A program made the position numbers and the translations under genes. The notes beneath the pieces are model-generated. The model saw nothing but the letters and a program-made list of their open reading frames with translations, had not been told where the DNA came from and did not search any database. A DNA stretch of 64,000 bases, taken from Candidatus Zhuqueibacterota bacterium (GTDB lineage Bacteria > Zhuqueibacterota > Zhuqueibacteria > Oceanimicrobiales > Oceanimicrobiaceae). Of the stretch, positions 1 through 11,113 are shown piece by piece. The stretch covers positions 13,473-77,472 of the forward strand of contig JAJDAG010000017.1 in the NCBI GenBank assembly GCA_029262005.1, given 5' to 3'. Each line of letters opens with the position of its first letter. The stretch's first letter is position 1.

Positions 1-1607
1 ACATTACCGCCGGTGACTGGTGTTTCCAACGCCAGGCAGGCAGCACTGATTCCTGCAATGGCCTCCTTAAATTGCCAGTAGATCTCCGGTTTGTACGGAT
101 TGCCAAAATTCAAACAGTTGGTAATGGCAACCGGCTTTGCCCCTGAACAAACCACGTTTCGTGCTGATTCTGCAACGGCAATTTTTCCGCCGGTATTTGC
201 ATCGAGGTAAACATAACGCCCATTACAGTCCGTGCTCATGGCCAGAGCCCGCCGCGTGCCTTTGATTCGGACCACCGCAGCGCCCAGGCCGGGCAAAATC
301 ACGGTATTCGAGCGTACCATGTGGTCATACTGTTTGTAGACCCATTCTTTGCTGGCGATATTTGGCGATGCAAGCAAGGTGCGTACAACAGAGTTATAAT
401 CATTGGGCTCCGGCAGGGAATCAACATCAAAGGCCTGGAGTGCTTTAATGTATTCCGGCTCCCGTGATTCGCGGTGATAGACTGGAGCCCCACCACCCAG
501 TACAAGTGAGTCCGATGGAATGTCCGCAACTGTTTTGCCATTTCTTTTAATGACAAGATTGGTCCCGGAAGTCACGGTACCTATTATCTCAGATTCCAAA
601 TCCCACTTGTCGCAAATAGCTTTTACACTTTCTTCACAGCCTTTTTTCACCACAGCCAACATGCGCTCCTGTGATTCCGATAGAAGTATTTCATAGGCAG
701 ACATGCCATCTTCGCGTAACGGAACTTTGTCCAGGTCGATTTCCATGCCGCCGGTTCCCTTGGCTGCCATTTCACTGGTTGAGCAGGTGATGCCAGCAGC
801 GCCCATATCCTGAATGCCGATGAGTAGGTCTTTTTTGATCATCTCAAGCGTCGCTTCCAGAATTAGTTTTTCAGCAAACGGATCCCCCACTTGAACCTGC
901 GGCCGTTTTGCCTCAGAGTCTTCATCAATTTCTTCGGATGCGAAAGTCGCACCGTGAATACCATCTCGCCCGGTTGCAGAGCCGAAGATAACAACTTTGG
1001 CGCCGGGATCGCTGGCGATTGCTTTGGCAACAGCATCATGTTTTACAATGCCCACGGCCATGGCATTCACAAGTGGATTACCGTGATAGCTTTCATCAAA
1101 ATAAACCTCGCCACCCACTGTCGGCACACCAAAGCAGTTGCCATAATCACCGATACCGCGGACAACCCCATCAAAAAGGTAGCGTACTCTGGGTTCGCTC
1201 AATTTACCAAAACGGAGCGAGTTCATCGCCGCAATTGGCCGGGCACCCATACTGAAAATATCGCGCAAAATACCACCAATTCCGGTTGCGGCTCCTTGAT
1301 ATGGCTCAACTGCCGACGGGTGATTGTGACTTTCTATTTTAAATGCAACAGCCAATCCATCGCCAATATCAATCAGGCCGGCATTTTCTTCGCCGGCCTT
1401 CACCAACAGACGTTCGCCTTCCTTTGGAAAGGTCTTCAACATTGAGATGGAGTTTTTATAGCTACAGTGTTCCGACCACATCACAGAGAAGATGCCAAGT
1501 TCGGTAAAACTGGCACTTCGGCCAAGAATATCGAGCATGTATTGATATTCATCATCACTAAGGCCGTGCTCTTTTGCTAACTTCAGGTCAACTACCGGTT
1601 CTTTCAT
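1..1607 (-). CDS. purL: Phosphoribosylformylglycinamidine synthase subunit PurL (FGAM synthase II). N-terminal ~535 aa; the 3' end runs off the window.
   Basis: Translating the minus strand from the ATG at 1607..1605 gives [53 protein letters not shown]. Conserved PurL motifs follow ([62 protein letters not shown]). The open frame continues to position 1, so it is missing from the ORF track. Confidence 0.85.
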   Translation of the reverse strand, partial: MKEPVVDLKLAKEHGLSDDEYQYMLDILGRSASFTELGIFSVMWSEHCSYKNSISMLKTFPKEGERLLVKAGEENAGLIDIGDGLAVAFKIESHNHPSAVEPYQGAATGIGGILRDIFSMGARPIAAMNSLRFGKLSEPRVRYLFDGVVRGIGDYGNCFGVPTVGGEVYFDESYHGNPLVNAMAVGIVKHDAVAKAIASDPGAKVVIFGSATGRDGIHGATFASEEIDEDSEAKRPQVQVGDPFAEKLILEATLEMIKKDLLIGIQDMGAAGITCSTSEMAAKGTGGMEIDLDKVPLREDGMSAYEILLSESQERMLAVVKKGCEESVKAICDKWDLESEIIGTVTSGTNLVIKRNGKTVADIPSDSLVLGGGAPVYHRESREPEYIKALQAFDVDSLPEPNDYNSVVRTLLASPNIASKEWVYKQYDHMVRSNTVILPGLGAAVVRIKGTRRALAMSTDCNGRYVYLDANTGGKIAVAESARNVVCSGAKPVAITNCLNFGNPYKPEIYWQFKEAIAGISAACLALETPVTGGN

Positions 1608-1739
1608 TTGTTTGTCTTGTTTAGTTATAATGAATTTGCGTGGTGATGCAGAAATTAAATTATGGATGCTCTGTTGTTTTGTATGTGGTGCACTTGACGC
1701 GAGATAGAGTTGAATCCCGCTGGTGAAAGAAGGCTAAAT

Positions 1740-3254
1740 TTAGTCAATCATCACTGAAGTTTCAACCTCTTTCACAAAATAATTTAAAGATGAGTAAGTT
1801 GCTTCGGCTTTTAACTTGATTCTATACTTCCCGCCGGCAAATACGGAGTGCACTGAGTTGTGTGCGGAACGGTCTTCTTTGATTATGCTTAACACATTTT
1901 GCATGTTGCTGTTAATTACGATTTTCCGCTGACCGGAAAAGTACTTCATTCGTTTGAATACATTGATTGTTTGGCCGTCAGGCGTTTCAATAACCAGACT
2001 CAGGAAAGAGGGCTCCGTCAAAAAAAACGGCACTGTAATTGTATTTTTCTTCTTGTCATACAGTGCCTGAAATTCAAAAACATCGGTACCAATCCAATAG
2101 TAATGTGCAGCTTCTTTTTCACCGATAAAAACCTGGCCAAACCGCTTGTAAATACTGATACCACGCGGCTCGTCAAACTCTTTATCCCCTCTGCCCTTGC
2201 GCCCAAACGAGCATAAATAATTGAGATCACGATCGAATTTATGAATACAATGATTGCTACGGTCGGTGACCCATATATTGCTGTAATAGTCTATGGCCAG
2301 GTACATGAGTTCGACTTGTTTGTATCCGTGTGGATTTAAACGTGCCGCGGCTATAAATTTGCCGTCCAGGCTGAATTTCTGCAGGCGATTTTTATCCAAA
2401 TCGATTACCGCGATAAAGGCATCTTTGTAGTGGGACCAGCGCTCGCGACCATTGGTTACAGCGATGCCGCCAGGATGCCAGAGCTGTCCGTCTTCAAAAC
2501 CTTGCTCACCAAACCAAATATGCAATTGGTCATTCGGCAGAAGTACCTGAATCCGATGATTGCCGGTATCGCTCACATAAACATGATCATTGGCATCGAT
2601 TGCGATACCTTGTGGTGCCTGAAACTGTCCCGCCAGAGTGCCCTGTCCGCCGATTCCCTTAACGAAACTCAGTTTCCGCCCCGGATTAAACAGCCGGACA
2701 ATTCGGTGATTTCCGGTATCCGCCACATAAACATCACCACGCTGGTTGGCTGTGATGGCGGTAGGTCGGTTAAAATCTCGATTGCCTTTTTTCCCTCGTC
2801 CGTAAAAACCAAGCGCGGTCATCGATTTGTTATAAATAATCACATTTTCGCCGGCATTGACGCCATATCCTGTCACTTCATCGTCATCTTTTTTGTCGTT
2901 GGGATCTTCCCAACTGTCGAGCCGAACAACAACCATTCCTTGCGGATCACGCACTTTTATTTTATTTCTGGTGTAAATCATTAAATGCGTTTTCGTGGCT
3001 TTGCGGATGCCCAGTGTGTGCAAAAAGGATGGAAAAACCAGGGTTGTGGGATCATAGTCTTCCAAAACAACAGCCTCAGCAGCGACTGCATTTAGCAAAC
3101 AGAGGATAGCCGGAATCAGGCTTGCAAAGTATGGTTTAACGGGGCGAAACAAAATGAAAATGCTCCCATACGCGTTTCGCCAGATCAATTGGAATTCCTT
3201 CAGCCATTTCAATTTCGTCAACCGTGGCCTCTCGTATCTGCTTAACAGAGCCAA
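1740..3254 (-). CDS. Secreted NHL-repeat beta-propeller protein. Start is uncertain: the ATG ORF overlaps the uvrC 3' end by 119 nt, and a TTG near 3155 would give a cleaner signal peptide.
   Basis: Repeated YVADTGNHRIVRLF / YVSDTGNHRIQVL / WVTDRSNHCIHKF blocks typical of NHL repeats. Hydrophobic signal-like segment ASLIPAILCLLNAVAAEA. Confidence 0.6.
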   Translation of the reverse strand: MALLSRYERPRLTKLKWLKEFQLIWRNAYGSIFILFRPVKPYFASLIPAILCLLNAVAAEAVVLEDYDPTTLVFPSFLHTLGIRKATKTHLMIYTRNKIKVRDPQGMVVVRLDSWEDPNDKKDDDEVTGYGVNAGENVIIYNKSMTALGFYGRGKKGNRDFNRPTAITANQRGDVYVADTGNHRIVRLFNPGRKLSFVKGIGGQGTLAGQFQAPQGIAIDANDHVYVSDTGNHRIQVLLPNDQLHIWFGEQGFEDGQLWHPGGIAVTNGRERWSHYKDAFIAVIDLDKNRLQKFSLDGKFIAAARLNPHGYKQVELMYLAIDYYSNIWVTDRSNHCIHKFDRDLNYLCSFGRKGRGDKEFDEPRGISIYKRFGQVFIGEKEAAHYYWIGTDVFEFQALYDKKKNTITVPFFLTEPSFLSLVIETPDGQTINVFKRMKYFSGQRKIVINSNMQNVLSIIKEDRSAHNSVHSVFAGGKYRIKLKAEATYSSLNYFVKEVETSVMID

Positions 3255-4983
3255 AGTATTTCAGGAGCGCATTTCTCCTGGATGGACCAACACCGTCTAT
3301 TTTGTCCAGCTCCGATTGAATTGTGCGTTTTTTTCTCAGACTGCGGTGAAATGTGATTGCAAATCGATGCGCTTCATCACGAATTTGTTGCAGAAGTTTT
3401 AAGCCTGAGGATGTGCGGGGAATGTTTTGTGAATCACTTGCGCCCGGCAGAAACACCTCATCCAATCGCTTGGCAAGGGCCGCAAGGGGAAGTCTCGCGA
3501 GACTCAATTTTTCCAGAGCGCTGAGAGCCGCTGACAACTGCCCCTTGCCGCCATCCACAAGAATAAGGTCAGGTAGTTCCATTTTGCTGGCGAGAGAGCC
3601 GCTATATCTACGGGTGATGGCCTCTGCCATCATGGCGAAATCGTCGGGCGTGTCCTTGCTGCGAATTTTGAATTTACGATAATCGCTTTTTATTGGTTTG
3701 CCGTTAACAAAGGTCACCATCGATGCAACCGGATCCGTTCCCTGAATATTTGAAATATCAAAACATTCAATACGCCGCGGTGCGGTTTTCAAATGAAGAT
3801 CGCGTTGCAATGCCTGTACATTATAATGCACATGATCTTTGGCTTTCAATTTTTGTAACTGTAATTCCTCAAGAAGCAAGCGGGCATTTCGCAGAGACAT
3901 TTGTACCAGTTTTGCCTTTTGTCCCCGCTGCGGCACAAAAAATTTTACGTTTCCCTTGCGCTTCTCGGTAAGCCACAATTGCACTTCAGTAGCCTCATTC
4001 AGGGCGACGGACAGGTAGATCTCTTCAGGCACAAAATTTTCTTTTAGATAAAACTGTTTTACAAAACCTGTTGAGACGGTTTCTATGCTTTCTCCTTCAA
4101 CCCCGCTGAGCAAAAAGTGTTGGCGCCCCAAAATTTTGCCATCTCTAACTTTGAAGACAACGCCACAGGCTTCATTGTCCTCAAGCGCAACCGTGACGAT
4201 GTCACGATCCTTAGTTTCATCTGTTACTACCTTTTGCTTGTATTGAAAATCCTCTATAAAATTGACTTGATCTCTCACCCGACTGGCCTCTCGATAGCGT
4301 CTTTCAGAAGACAATTTTTGCATTCTGGTGATCAGTTCTTGCACTACCGCTTTATTCTTACCATTGATGAAGTTGACAACCTGTTCAACCATTTCACCGT
4401 ATTCTTCCTTTTCAACAAGGCCTTCGCACGGTCCATCACACTTTTTGATATGGTAATCCAGACAGAGTTTAACTTTCTTTTTCTCCACGACTTCAGCAGT
4501 CAGATCGTAGTTGCAACTACGGACAGGAAAGATTCGTTTCACAGATTTGAGCAAGGTGCGCATGGAACTCACATCTGTATAGGGCCCAAAATAGCGGGAG
4601 CCATCTTTCACAATCCTGCGTGTTGGGAAAATTCTTGGAAAGCGTTCGTGCGTCACCCGAATATACGGAAATGTTTTGTCATCTTTGAGGTTTACATTAT
4701 AACGAGGGCGGTACTCTTTCACAAGGTTCATTTCAAGGATGAGCGCTTCCATTTCCGTGTCGGTTACAATAAACTCAAAATCCACAATTTTCGTGCGCAA
4801 GCGCTTTAACTTGGGGCCCTCAACCCGGCTGGATTGAAAGTAGGACCGAACCCGGGAGCGCAAATTCTTGGCCTTGCCAATGTAAATTATTTTTCCACCG
4901 GCATCTGTGAAAAGATAACAACCGGGTTTGCCTGGTAAATTCTGAAGTTTGTCGTGAAGTAACTGGTTCCTGGCGACGGTCAT
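3136..4983 (-). CDS. uvrC: Excinuclease ABC subunit C
   Basis: 615 aa. N-terminal GIY-YIG motif (GCYLFTDAGGKIIYIGKAKNLRSRVRSYF), UvrC central domain, C-terminal RNaseH-like/HhH region (DGGKGQLSAA, LDKIDGVGPSRRNALLKYFGS). Confidence 0.9.
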   Translation of the reverse strand: MTVARNQLLHDKLQNLPGKPGCYLFTDAGGKIIYIGKAKNLRSRVRSYFQSSRVEGPKLKRLRTKIVDFEFIVTDTEMEALILEMNLVKEYRPRYNVNLKDDKTFPYIRVTHERFPRIFPTRRIVKDGSRYFGPYTDVSSMRTLLKSVKRIFPVRSCNYDLTAEVVEKKKVKLCLDYHIKKCDGPCEGLVEKEEYGEMVEQVVNFINGKNKAVVQELITRMQKLSSERRYREASRVRDQVNFIEDFQYKQKVVTDETKDRDIVTVALEDNEACGVVFKVRDGKILGRQHFLLSGVEGESIETVSTGFVKQFYLKENFVPEEIYLSVALNEATEVQLWLTEKRKGNVKFFVPQRGQKAKLVQMSLRNARLLLEELQLQKLKAKDHVHYNVQALQRDLHLKTAPRRIECFDISNIQGTDPVASMVTFVNGKPIKSDYRKFKIRSKDTPDDFAMMAEAITRRYSGSLASKMELPDLILVDGGKGQLSAALSALEKLSLARLPLAALAKRLDEVFLPGASDSQNIPRTSSGLKLLQQIRDEAHRFAITFHRSLRKKRTIQSELDKIDGVGPSRRNALLKYFGSVKQIREATVDEIEMAEGIPIDLAKRVWEHFHFVSPR

Positions 4984-5393
4984 TTCATGTCGGTCGGGTG
5001 CTCAGCGAATTCAAACAGAATACCACCCGTACTTTTGGGATGTAGAAACGCGACACGGGTGCCACCTGCGCCCTGGTTTGAGGCCAAATCAATGAAAGTC
5101 AAACCGGCAGCAGACAACGTTTTTATTGTCGTGTCAAGGTCTTCTACCTCAAAGCAAATGTGGTGAATTCCAGGACCCTTCTTTTCAACGAAACGACTGA
5201 CAGGAGAATCCTTTTCAGTGCCGGAAAGTAGCTCTAACTTGACATCCCCGACAGGAAAGAACGATGTTTCCACCATCTGGGCATCCACCGTTTCTTTCTC
5301 AGACGGCTCAGCCCCTGTCAATAGAGAATATTTTTGGATGGCGACATCCATGTCTGTTACCGCAATTCCGATATGGTCAATTTTCTTCAGCAT
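4980..5393 (-). CDS. mce: Methylmalonyl-CoA epimerase (VOC/glyoxalase-family)
   Basis: 137 aa with HIGIAV...HHICFEVEDL...GGILFEF. The length is typical of methylmalonyl-CoA epimerase. 4-nt overlap with uvrC. Confidence 0.7.
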   Translation of the reverse strand: MLKKIDHIGIAVTDMDVAIQKYSLLTGAEPSEKETVDAQMVETSFFPVGDVKLELLSGTEKDSPVSRFVEKKGPGIHHICFEVEDLDTTIKTLSAAGLTFIDLASNQGAGGTRVAFLHPKSTGGILFEFAEHPTDMK

Positions 5394-5578
5394 TTTTTCT
5401 CAACAATTATTTTTAGCGCAATATCGTACTGAAAAAATCAACAAAAAGCAACTGCTATGAACGCCATTGTACTTTGCTTGTTACAAACAAAGTGATGTTC
5501 TTTAGAGAATAATCAGGAAAAGAAATGTCAGAGGTTGGTGTAAAAGCGGGTCAACAGGTATCCGAAAACAGCAACTCC

Positions 5579-6640
5579 TTAATTGTCTTTCAATGAATTA
5601 AGCACATTCAGATATTCTTCAAATTTCTTGTCGCCTAACTGCGGTCGTAAAACCGCTTCGTTGCGATCATAAAACTGAATAGCCGTACGAGCCCTCTCCG
5701 GCTCAAGCGTCTCGCGGGAAATTTGAAAAAGAACCTGGGCGAGATTGTACACACCCATTGCGTAGTAGGTGTCGTCTGGCTCCCGACTGATAAAAGACAG
5801 CCAAATATTTCTTTTTTCATCAAGCTCCGAACTGGATTGAACAAGCCACAGTGTTTGTGCAAAGTCGCTTTTGAACTGAGGCAAATCAGGGTATGCACGG
5901 AATCCATCAACATCCTGAAAGGCCCAACCTGAGGCTTCTTTCGAGAAGATTCTTATGGCTGGATTTCCGCCCTGAGCTGCATACATCTCTTTTTCAGGAA
6001 TTAGAAATTTCGGGGATGGCAGCGGAGTTATGAAATCATCTTTGACAAGCGGGGCCGAAATGGTTTTAAGTCCGCGGGCAGCAACCGTTTCCGGTTCTGG
6101 AAATTGATTGTCGGGTGCTGTTTTTTTCGCAGACGGGACATTTGCGGCAACGGCCTGCGGCAGATCCGTAGTCTCGGGAGTGCCCGGTGTCACTGCAGGG
6201 CTTGTAACGGCAGCTAATTCTGAATTGTTGTCAACAATTCCTGGAGCAATAATTTCGGTTGACTGGTTTGTCCATGGCTCGTACTTTTTCAACATCAGTA
6301 TAATGAAAATCATGGCAAAGGCGCCTGCGGCAGCCATACGCCAACCTGAAATAGATGTAACTGCATTCAACACATCATTCCACCAAATACCCAGCCTGTT
6401 TTTTTCCGGCAGCAAATTCAGTCTGCTTATCACTCTAACAGGAACCTCGTTCCAGTAGGTTTGAGTTGGAGGCTCAAACAAACCTGCAATAAAAAGCGTA
6501 TCCAAATCCCTGAGCTGCCTTAACTCTAGCTGACAGAGCGTGCAATCCTCCAAATGTCTGGCAACATCCACCCTGTCACTGCCGTCAAGTGCTTCATCCG
6601 CAAAAGAACTGATTTTTGAGGAAAAGTGGCAAATTTTCAT
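5579..6640 (-). CDS. Anti-sigma factor, zinc-finger (zf-HC2) type, single-pass membrane protein
   Basis: N-terminal HLEDCTLCQLELRQL zinc-finger anti-sigma motif. Central TM helix AAAGAFAMIFIILMLKKY. Lies immediately downstream of an ECF sigma gene with a 4-nt gap. Confidence 0.6.
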   Translation of the reverse strand: MKICHFSSKISSFADEALDGSDRVDVARHLEDCTLCQLELRQLRDLDTLFIAGLFEPPTQTYWNEVPVRVISRLNLLPEKNRLGIWWNDVLNAVTSISGWRMAAAGAFAMIFIILMLKKYEPWTNQSTEIIAPGIVDNNSELAAVTSPAVTPGTPETTDLPQAVAANVPSAKKTAPDNQFPEPETVAARGLKTISAPLVKDDFITPLPSPKFLIPEKEMYAAQGGNPAIRIFSKEASGWAFQDVDGFRAYPDLPQFKSDFAQTLWLVQSSSELDEKRNIWLSFISREPDDTYYAMGVYNLAQVLFQISRETLEPERARTAIQFYDRNEAVLRPQLGDKKFEEYLNVLNSLKDN

Positions 6641-6644
6641 TTAA

Positions 6645-7241
6645 TCAAACCTCTACATCGTTTATTGCTACGTATTCATACAACAAGTCTTTTAGTTTGC
6701 TGCGAGCCCGGGATAGGCGGGACATCACCGTGCCTATCGATATTTCAAGTTCATCGCTAATTTCCTGGTAACTCAGGCCATTATTGACACGCAACAAAAA
6801 AACTTCTCTTTGCCCGTCTGGAATTTTGTTCAGTGCATTTCTTAGATTAGTTGCCAACTCACGCCCTTCCATATCTTCAACCTGCGGAGCGGCAGTCATA
6901 AAATTTGTCTGGAAACCATTGCCGTTACTCTCAACATCATCAATTGAAAGCTCTCTTTGCCTTGATTTCTTCTTTTGAATATTTAGCGCCGTGTTAACCG
7001 CGATACGATACAGCCATGGATAAAATGGGTAACGTTTATTATAGGTGTCCAGCTTTGTATAGACCTTGATGAATGTCTCCTGCAGTGCATCATCAGCATC
7101 CTCGTGGTTGCGAACGATTTGTAAAATCGTATAGTAAACACGCTTCTGATATTGCTTGATTATCCATTTAAATGCTTGCGAATCACCATTCAGGGATAAT
7201 TGGATATATCTCTGAACATTCTTTTCGGTTTTTATACCCAT
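6645..7241 (-). CDS. RNA polymerase ECF-type sigma-70 factor
   Basis: 198 aa. Sigma region 2 (YYTILQIVRNHEDADDALQETFIKVY) and region 4 HTH (LSYQEISDELEISIGTVMSRLSRARSKLKD). Confidence 0.85.
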   Translation of the reverse strand: MGIKTEKNVQRYIQLSLNGDSQAFKWIIKQYQKRVYYTILQIVRNHEDADDALQETFIKVYTKLDTYNKRYPFYPWLYRIAVNTALNIQKKKSRQRELSIDDVESNGNGFQTNFMTAAPQVEDMEGRELATNLRNALNKIPDGQREVFLLRVNNGLSYQEISDELEISIGTVMSRLSRARSKLKDLLYEYVAINDVEV

Positions 7242-7393
7242 ATTTGCACGGCGGTTAGGACATATAAAAACGTCACTGTTAGCTCTAAGGTTAAATACTA
7301 TTATTTACATTTTTTATTCCATAGAAAAAAAGTCGCAACCGAAGGATGTGGCTGTTTTGGCCGGCGTTTATGCCGATAGTTGCAGCCTGTTTG

Positions 7394-10300
7394 CTATTGG
7401 TCCGAATCACTCCTTCGCTTCTCTTCGATTACAGCAAGCTGTTTTGCAGCAAACCTGCCAAAGTTACTCTCCGTACCACGCTCCCGAATAATTCTGCGAA
7501 AAATTTTCACCGCCTGTTCAATTTGGTTGATTTTCAGCAGACAACGGCCAGTTTCAAAAAGTGCGGTAATATGCCACGGCAACTTGGTTGGTGCGGTGAG
7601 ATATTTTACCTTCAGGTATTCAGTAACCGCTTGCTCAAAGTTCCCGGAGTCTTTATAACATTGCGCCACATAAAACTGAATCTCTGCCTGAGAATCTTTG
7701 TCTGCGTAAGGTAGCAGTCTTTGGAAGTGCTCAATAGCTCTGCCATATTCCTTAAGCTTCATAAGCAACTGAGCAAGGTCAATTTTCTTTCTAAATGCTT
7801 GTGGAGCGCGCGGATATTTCTGCAAGTAATCACGGGTCAAGGCGATGGCTTGATCCCACATTCGGGCATCGTTATAAGATTGAATTAAATAAAGCAATGC
7901 TTTCTCCTGATAAGCGTTACTTTTTGGGTGTAAAAGAACTTGCTTGAAGGCATGAATTGCGTTATTGATTTGCCCGGATTTCGCGTAAAAGTCTCCCAGG
8001 TTGAAATAAGTCAAAGGGGTAACTTCACTTTCAGGATACTTGGTTGGAATATTTGTCAATATTTTCAAGGCATCTTCAGTGTGATTTGTGATCAAGTAAA
8101 CTTCTCCAAGCCCAAATTCACCCCGTGCACCCCAGTCAGTGTTTTTATGCTCTTTCATCAGCTTTTTAAAGCTCTTCTCAGCAGCTTCAAAGTTTTTGTC
8201 AGCAACGTAAGCCCGCCCCAGATCATGCAGGAATTGGCCTTCTTCGCTTCGTGTGTTTTTATAATTTTTCGTAAAGAATTTTAAATCCTGCTCGGCTTGA
8301 ACTAGCTGCATTAAACCGTAGCGGCATCTTATCTGTCTGGCCAGCACATAACGTTTGGCATCTTCTGTCTCTGCATGTTTTACAGCCGCTGTGTAGAATG
8401 CGCGTGCATCGCCATAAGCTTTTTTGTCGAACAGTATATCGGCAATGGCCACGTTGCCCTTATATTGGTGCTCGGGTAAAGTACTTGCTCGTAGCAGGCT
8501 TTCGTAAAATTGTTGTGCGAGCGCAGTGTTGCCAAACTCACTGGCAAGCCGTGCTGTTGCGAACATAGACATTACGGAAAGGGGCTGACCGGCATAGCGG
8601 CGAGAAAAATCTACATAATGCGCCAGTGCAAGACGCTTCTTGCCGATTCGCTCCAATGCCTGCGCTTGATGAAAATCGATCTGTGACCAGTCGGTTTCAT
8701 CTGAAGCAGAAGGTTTGACAGACATCAGCCGAACAGACGCGTAACCGGAAAGTGCCGACTGAAAATCTTGTTTGGCAAAATACAAATCCGCCAGCGCTAC
8801 CTGCGCACGGGTCGCAATGGAGGCATATGGAAAATTTGTCACAATGTGCTCAAAATCTGCACTTGCTGCCGCGGTGTCTTTAATTGCAACAGCAGTTTTT
8901 GCTCGGCGCCAATAGGCTTCGGCAAGGTACCTGCTCTGCGGATACGCGTCAATGAACTTGTTTAGCCTGGCCAGTTGCACTGAATCCCCTTCGGCAGCAT
9001 CGGCACAAACAATGCGTTTAAACTGGGCTTCTTGATGTACTGAGTCGGCCAGTAAGACCAACTCAAAGTATTTCAAAGCAGATTCCATGGCAACAGGATT
9101 CGTTCGATTGAAATAATGGGCATTTCCTATCGCTAACCAAAAATCTTGCGTGATCGGCACGGACGCAGACTCAAAACGAACCCGACGGTTCTCCAAAGTA
9201 TCGGCAAGAGCTGGTTGGTCAAGTTGTTGATGGACATAGGCTAACAACCGCTGATATTCAGACAAATCTTTGAGTTTTGCAGCCGACTCTACCAACGCAT
9301 CCAGCACTATTGCCGCACTGTCATAGCTTGTTTTTGCCTCATCAGCCTGGAGCAGCAGTCGGTCCCCGGCAAGCAAATGCGCTTTGCCAAGCAAAAACAT
9401 AAGCTCAGCCTGGCTGCTATCGGCATCGGTTTTGTGCGCAGCGCTACGAAAATGATTTATTGCGCTCTGAAAATTTTTGGCTTTTAGTTCAAGTTTACCA
9501 AGTTCCAACGCGACATTCTGAACCGAGTTGCTTGCAATTTTTGACAGCAGAATCGATAACCCGGTTGTGGCCTCACTTGAGCCTAGCTTCACTGTGGATT
9601 GAATGAGTTTTTCGCGCTTGAGGACATCGTTGTAGCGGTCGCTGGCCGGGAATCGTTGCAGATGTTCAGCGTGCTTAGCTAATGCCATTTTAAAGTGACC
9701 AAGTTTCTCATAGCACAGACCTAAGCGGTACTGAGCCTCGTCAACCATGTCACTTTGTGGATATTGTTCGACAAATTGCTCGTATTCACGAGACGCTTTG
9801 CCATAGTCATTTAACAAATCTTCGTGAATGCGCGCGCTTTGAAATGTTAATTTGGGAAAATGGTCTCTGTCGATAAAATTTCGTTTAAATCGCCTAATTT
9901 CCTCAAGCGCTTTGTAAGGTTTTGAATTGCCTGCCAATACGTCGATTAAGAGAAGAAGGGCCGGTTTAACGACTTCTGATGAGTCGGAAGCAAGTTGTTT
10001 GTTTGCAGTTATAAATTCAGAAAATTGGAGTAACGAACTTTCAGCCTCTTGAAACCTTGACAGCTTCATTAGCAGTTTGGTATAAGAAAAAAAAAGCGCG
10101 GGATGTGAACTGGTTTGTGAAAGTGCAAGCCCTTGTTGATAGGAAGCAAGAGCACCATCATATTCCCCGAGCTTTTGTTGAAAATCACCTTGTTTTTGCA
10201 GACCTTCAGCTTTTTGATCTACGGCTTCGATGGTGGGTAGGACGGCTTCGTACTTAGATACTGCCTGCGCGTAATCGCCGCTGAGGCCGTGCAAATAAGC

Positions 10301-11113
10301 CAGACGAAGTTCGGCCTGCGCAGCATCCACGCTGCCTGAAAATTGATTGGAAAGGCGCTGATAAATGGCTTCCGCCTCGGCCGGCTGCCCGAGGCGTTCG
10401 AAAATCTGTCCGCGCAGCCAATAAACACGAGCATCCTTAATTTCGGGTCCAAAGGCATGAAAAATGCCGTCAATTTCATTTAGAGCGTCGGCTGTTTTTT
10501 TTTCGGAAAGGTAGAGATTGACGACCGCAAGATGCGCATCCATTCTCTTTGGTGAATCGGGATAATTCCGAATCAAATTCATAAAAGATTCTAACGCAGA
10601 AACGGTATTTCCTGCTTGCAGAAATGCCTGGCCGGCAGCAAAATGCGCTTTGGCAGCGTTTTCACTTTTCGGGTGCAGAACTGGGATGCGCCTTAGCAAT
10701 TCAGCGGCTGCTGCAAAGTCACCAAGAGCCAGGCGGCACTCAGCAAGCCGATAGCGACTCAAGGGCAAATGCGGAGATTGGGGGTAACCCAATTCCAATT
10801 CTTTAAAAATATTAAATGCGGCTTCAAAAGAACCTTCAGAAAAATAGGATTCCCCGCCGAAAAATAGCGCGTCATCCGCCTGAGCATGACTTGGGTGATG
10901 TTTCGCAAAGTCCCGAAACTGATCACCTGCAAGCTTGAAAAGTTTATCCTCATAAAGTTTATTGGCAAACTGGAATTCTTTGTCTGGATCAATGCCTTGT
11001 GCCCGGACGGTGCACGGGGCAAAGGCCAGATATAGTTCGGAAAAAGTAAGCAGCAATAATACGTGAAAGACTCTTTTCATTTCAAACCGTTTCATTGTTA
11101 AATGTGATAGCAC
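7394..11113 (-). CDS. Large secreted tetratricopeptide-repeat protein (1239 aa)
   Basis: Signal peptide MKRVFHVLLLLTFSELYLAFAPCTVRAQG, followed by more than 25 TPR-like 34-aa repeats (A..Y..G.....A...F...L..P...). Confidence 0.7.
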   Translation of the reverse strand: MLSHLTMKRFEMKRVFHVLLLLTFSELYLAFAPCTVRAQGIDPDKEFQFANKLYEDKLFKLAGDQFRDFAKHHPSHAQADDALFFGGESYFSEGSFEAAFNIFKELELGYPQSPHLPLSRYRLAECRLALGDFAAAAELLRRIPVLHPKSENAAKAHFAAGQAFLQAGNTVSALESFMNLIRNYPDSPKRMDAHLAVVNLYLSEKKTADALNEIDGIFHAFGPEIKDARVYWLRGQIFERLGQPAEAEAIYQRLSNQFSGSVDAAQAELRLAYLHGLSGDYAQAVSKYEAVLPTIEAVDQKAEGLQKQGDFQQKLGEYDGALASYQQGLALSQTSSHPALFFSYTKLLMKLSRFQEAESSLLQFSEFITANKQLASDSSEVVKPALLLLIDVLAGNSKPYKALEEIRRFKRNFIDRDHFPKLTFQSARIHEDLLNDYGKASREYEQFVEQYPQSDMVDEAQYRLGLCYEKLGHFKMALAKHAEHLQRFPASDRYNDVLKREKLIQSTVKLGSSEATTGLSILLSKIASNSVQNVALELGKLELKAKNFQSAINHFRSAAHKTDADSSQAELMFLLGKAHLLAGDRLLLQADEAKTSYDSAAIVLDALVESAAKLKDLSEYQRLLAYVHQQLDQPALADTLENRRVRFESASVPITQDFWLAIGNAHYFNRTNPVAMESALKYFELVLLADSVHQEAQFKRIVCADAAEGDSVQLARLNKFIDAYPQSRYLAEAYWRRAKTAVAIKDTAAASADFEHIVTNFPYASIATRAQVALADLYFAKQDFQSALSGYASVRLMSVKPSASDETDWSQIDFHQAQALERIGKKRLALAHYVDFSRRYAGQPLSVMSMFATARLASEFGNTALAQQFYESLLRASTLPEHQYKGNVAIADILFDKKAYGDARAFYTAAVKHAETEDAKRYVLARQIRCRYGLMQLVQAEQDLKFFTKNYKNTRSEEGQFLHDLGRAYVADKNFEAAEKSFKKLMKEHKNTDWGARGEFGLGEVYLITNHTEDALKILTNIPTKYPESEVTPLTYFNLGDFYAKSGQINNAIHAFKQVLLHPKSNAYQEKALLYLIQSYNDARMWDQAIALTRDYLQKYPRAPQAFRKKIDLAQLLMKLKEYGRAIEHFQRLLPYADKDSQAEIQFYVAQCYKDSGNFEQAVTEYLKVKYLTAPTKLPWHITALFETGRCLLKINQIEQAVKIFRRIIRERGTESNFGRFAAKQLAVIEEKRRSDSDQ

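Noticed and set aside
891-1445. 184-aa plus-strand ORF, plus a nested 78-aa ORF
   Set aside because: It lies antisense inside the strongly supported purL reading frame. It has no motifs, and its composition mirrors the opposite strand. Classic shadow ORF.
2430-2984. 184-aa plus-strand ORF
   Set aside because: Antisense to the NHL-repeat gene. No recognisable domain.
4117-4809. 230-aa plus-strand ORF
   Set aside because: Antisense to uvrC, whose identity is unambiguous. Low-complexity Phe/Leu-rich translation typical of an AT-rich antisense frame.
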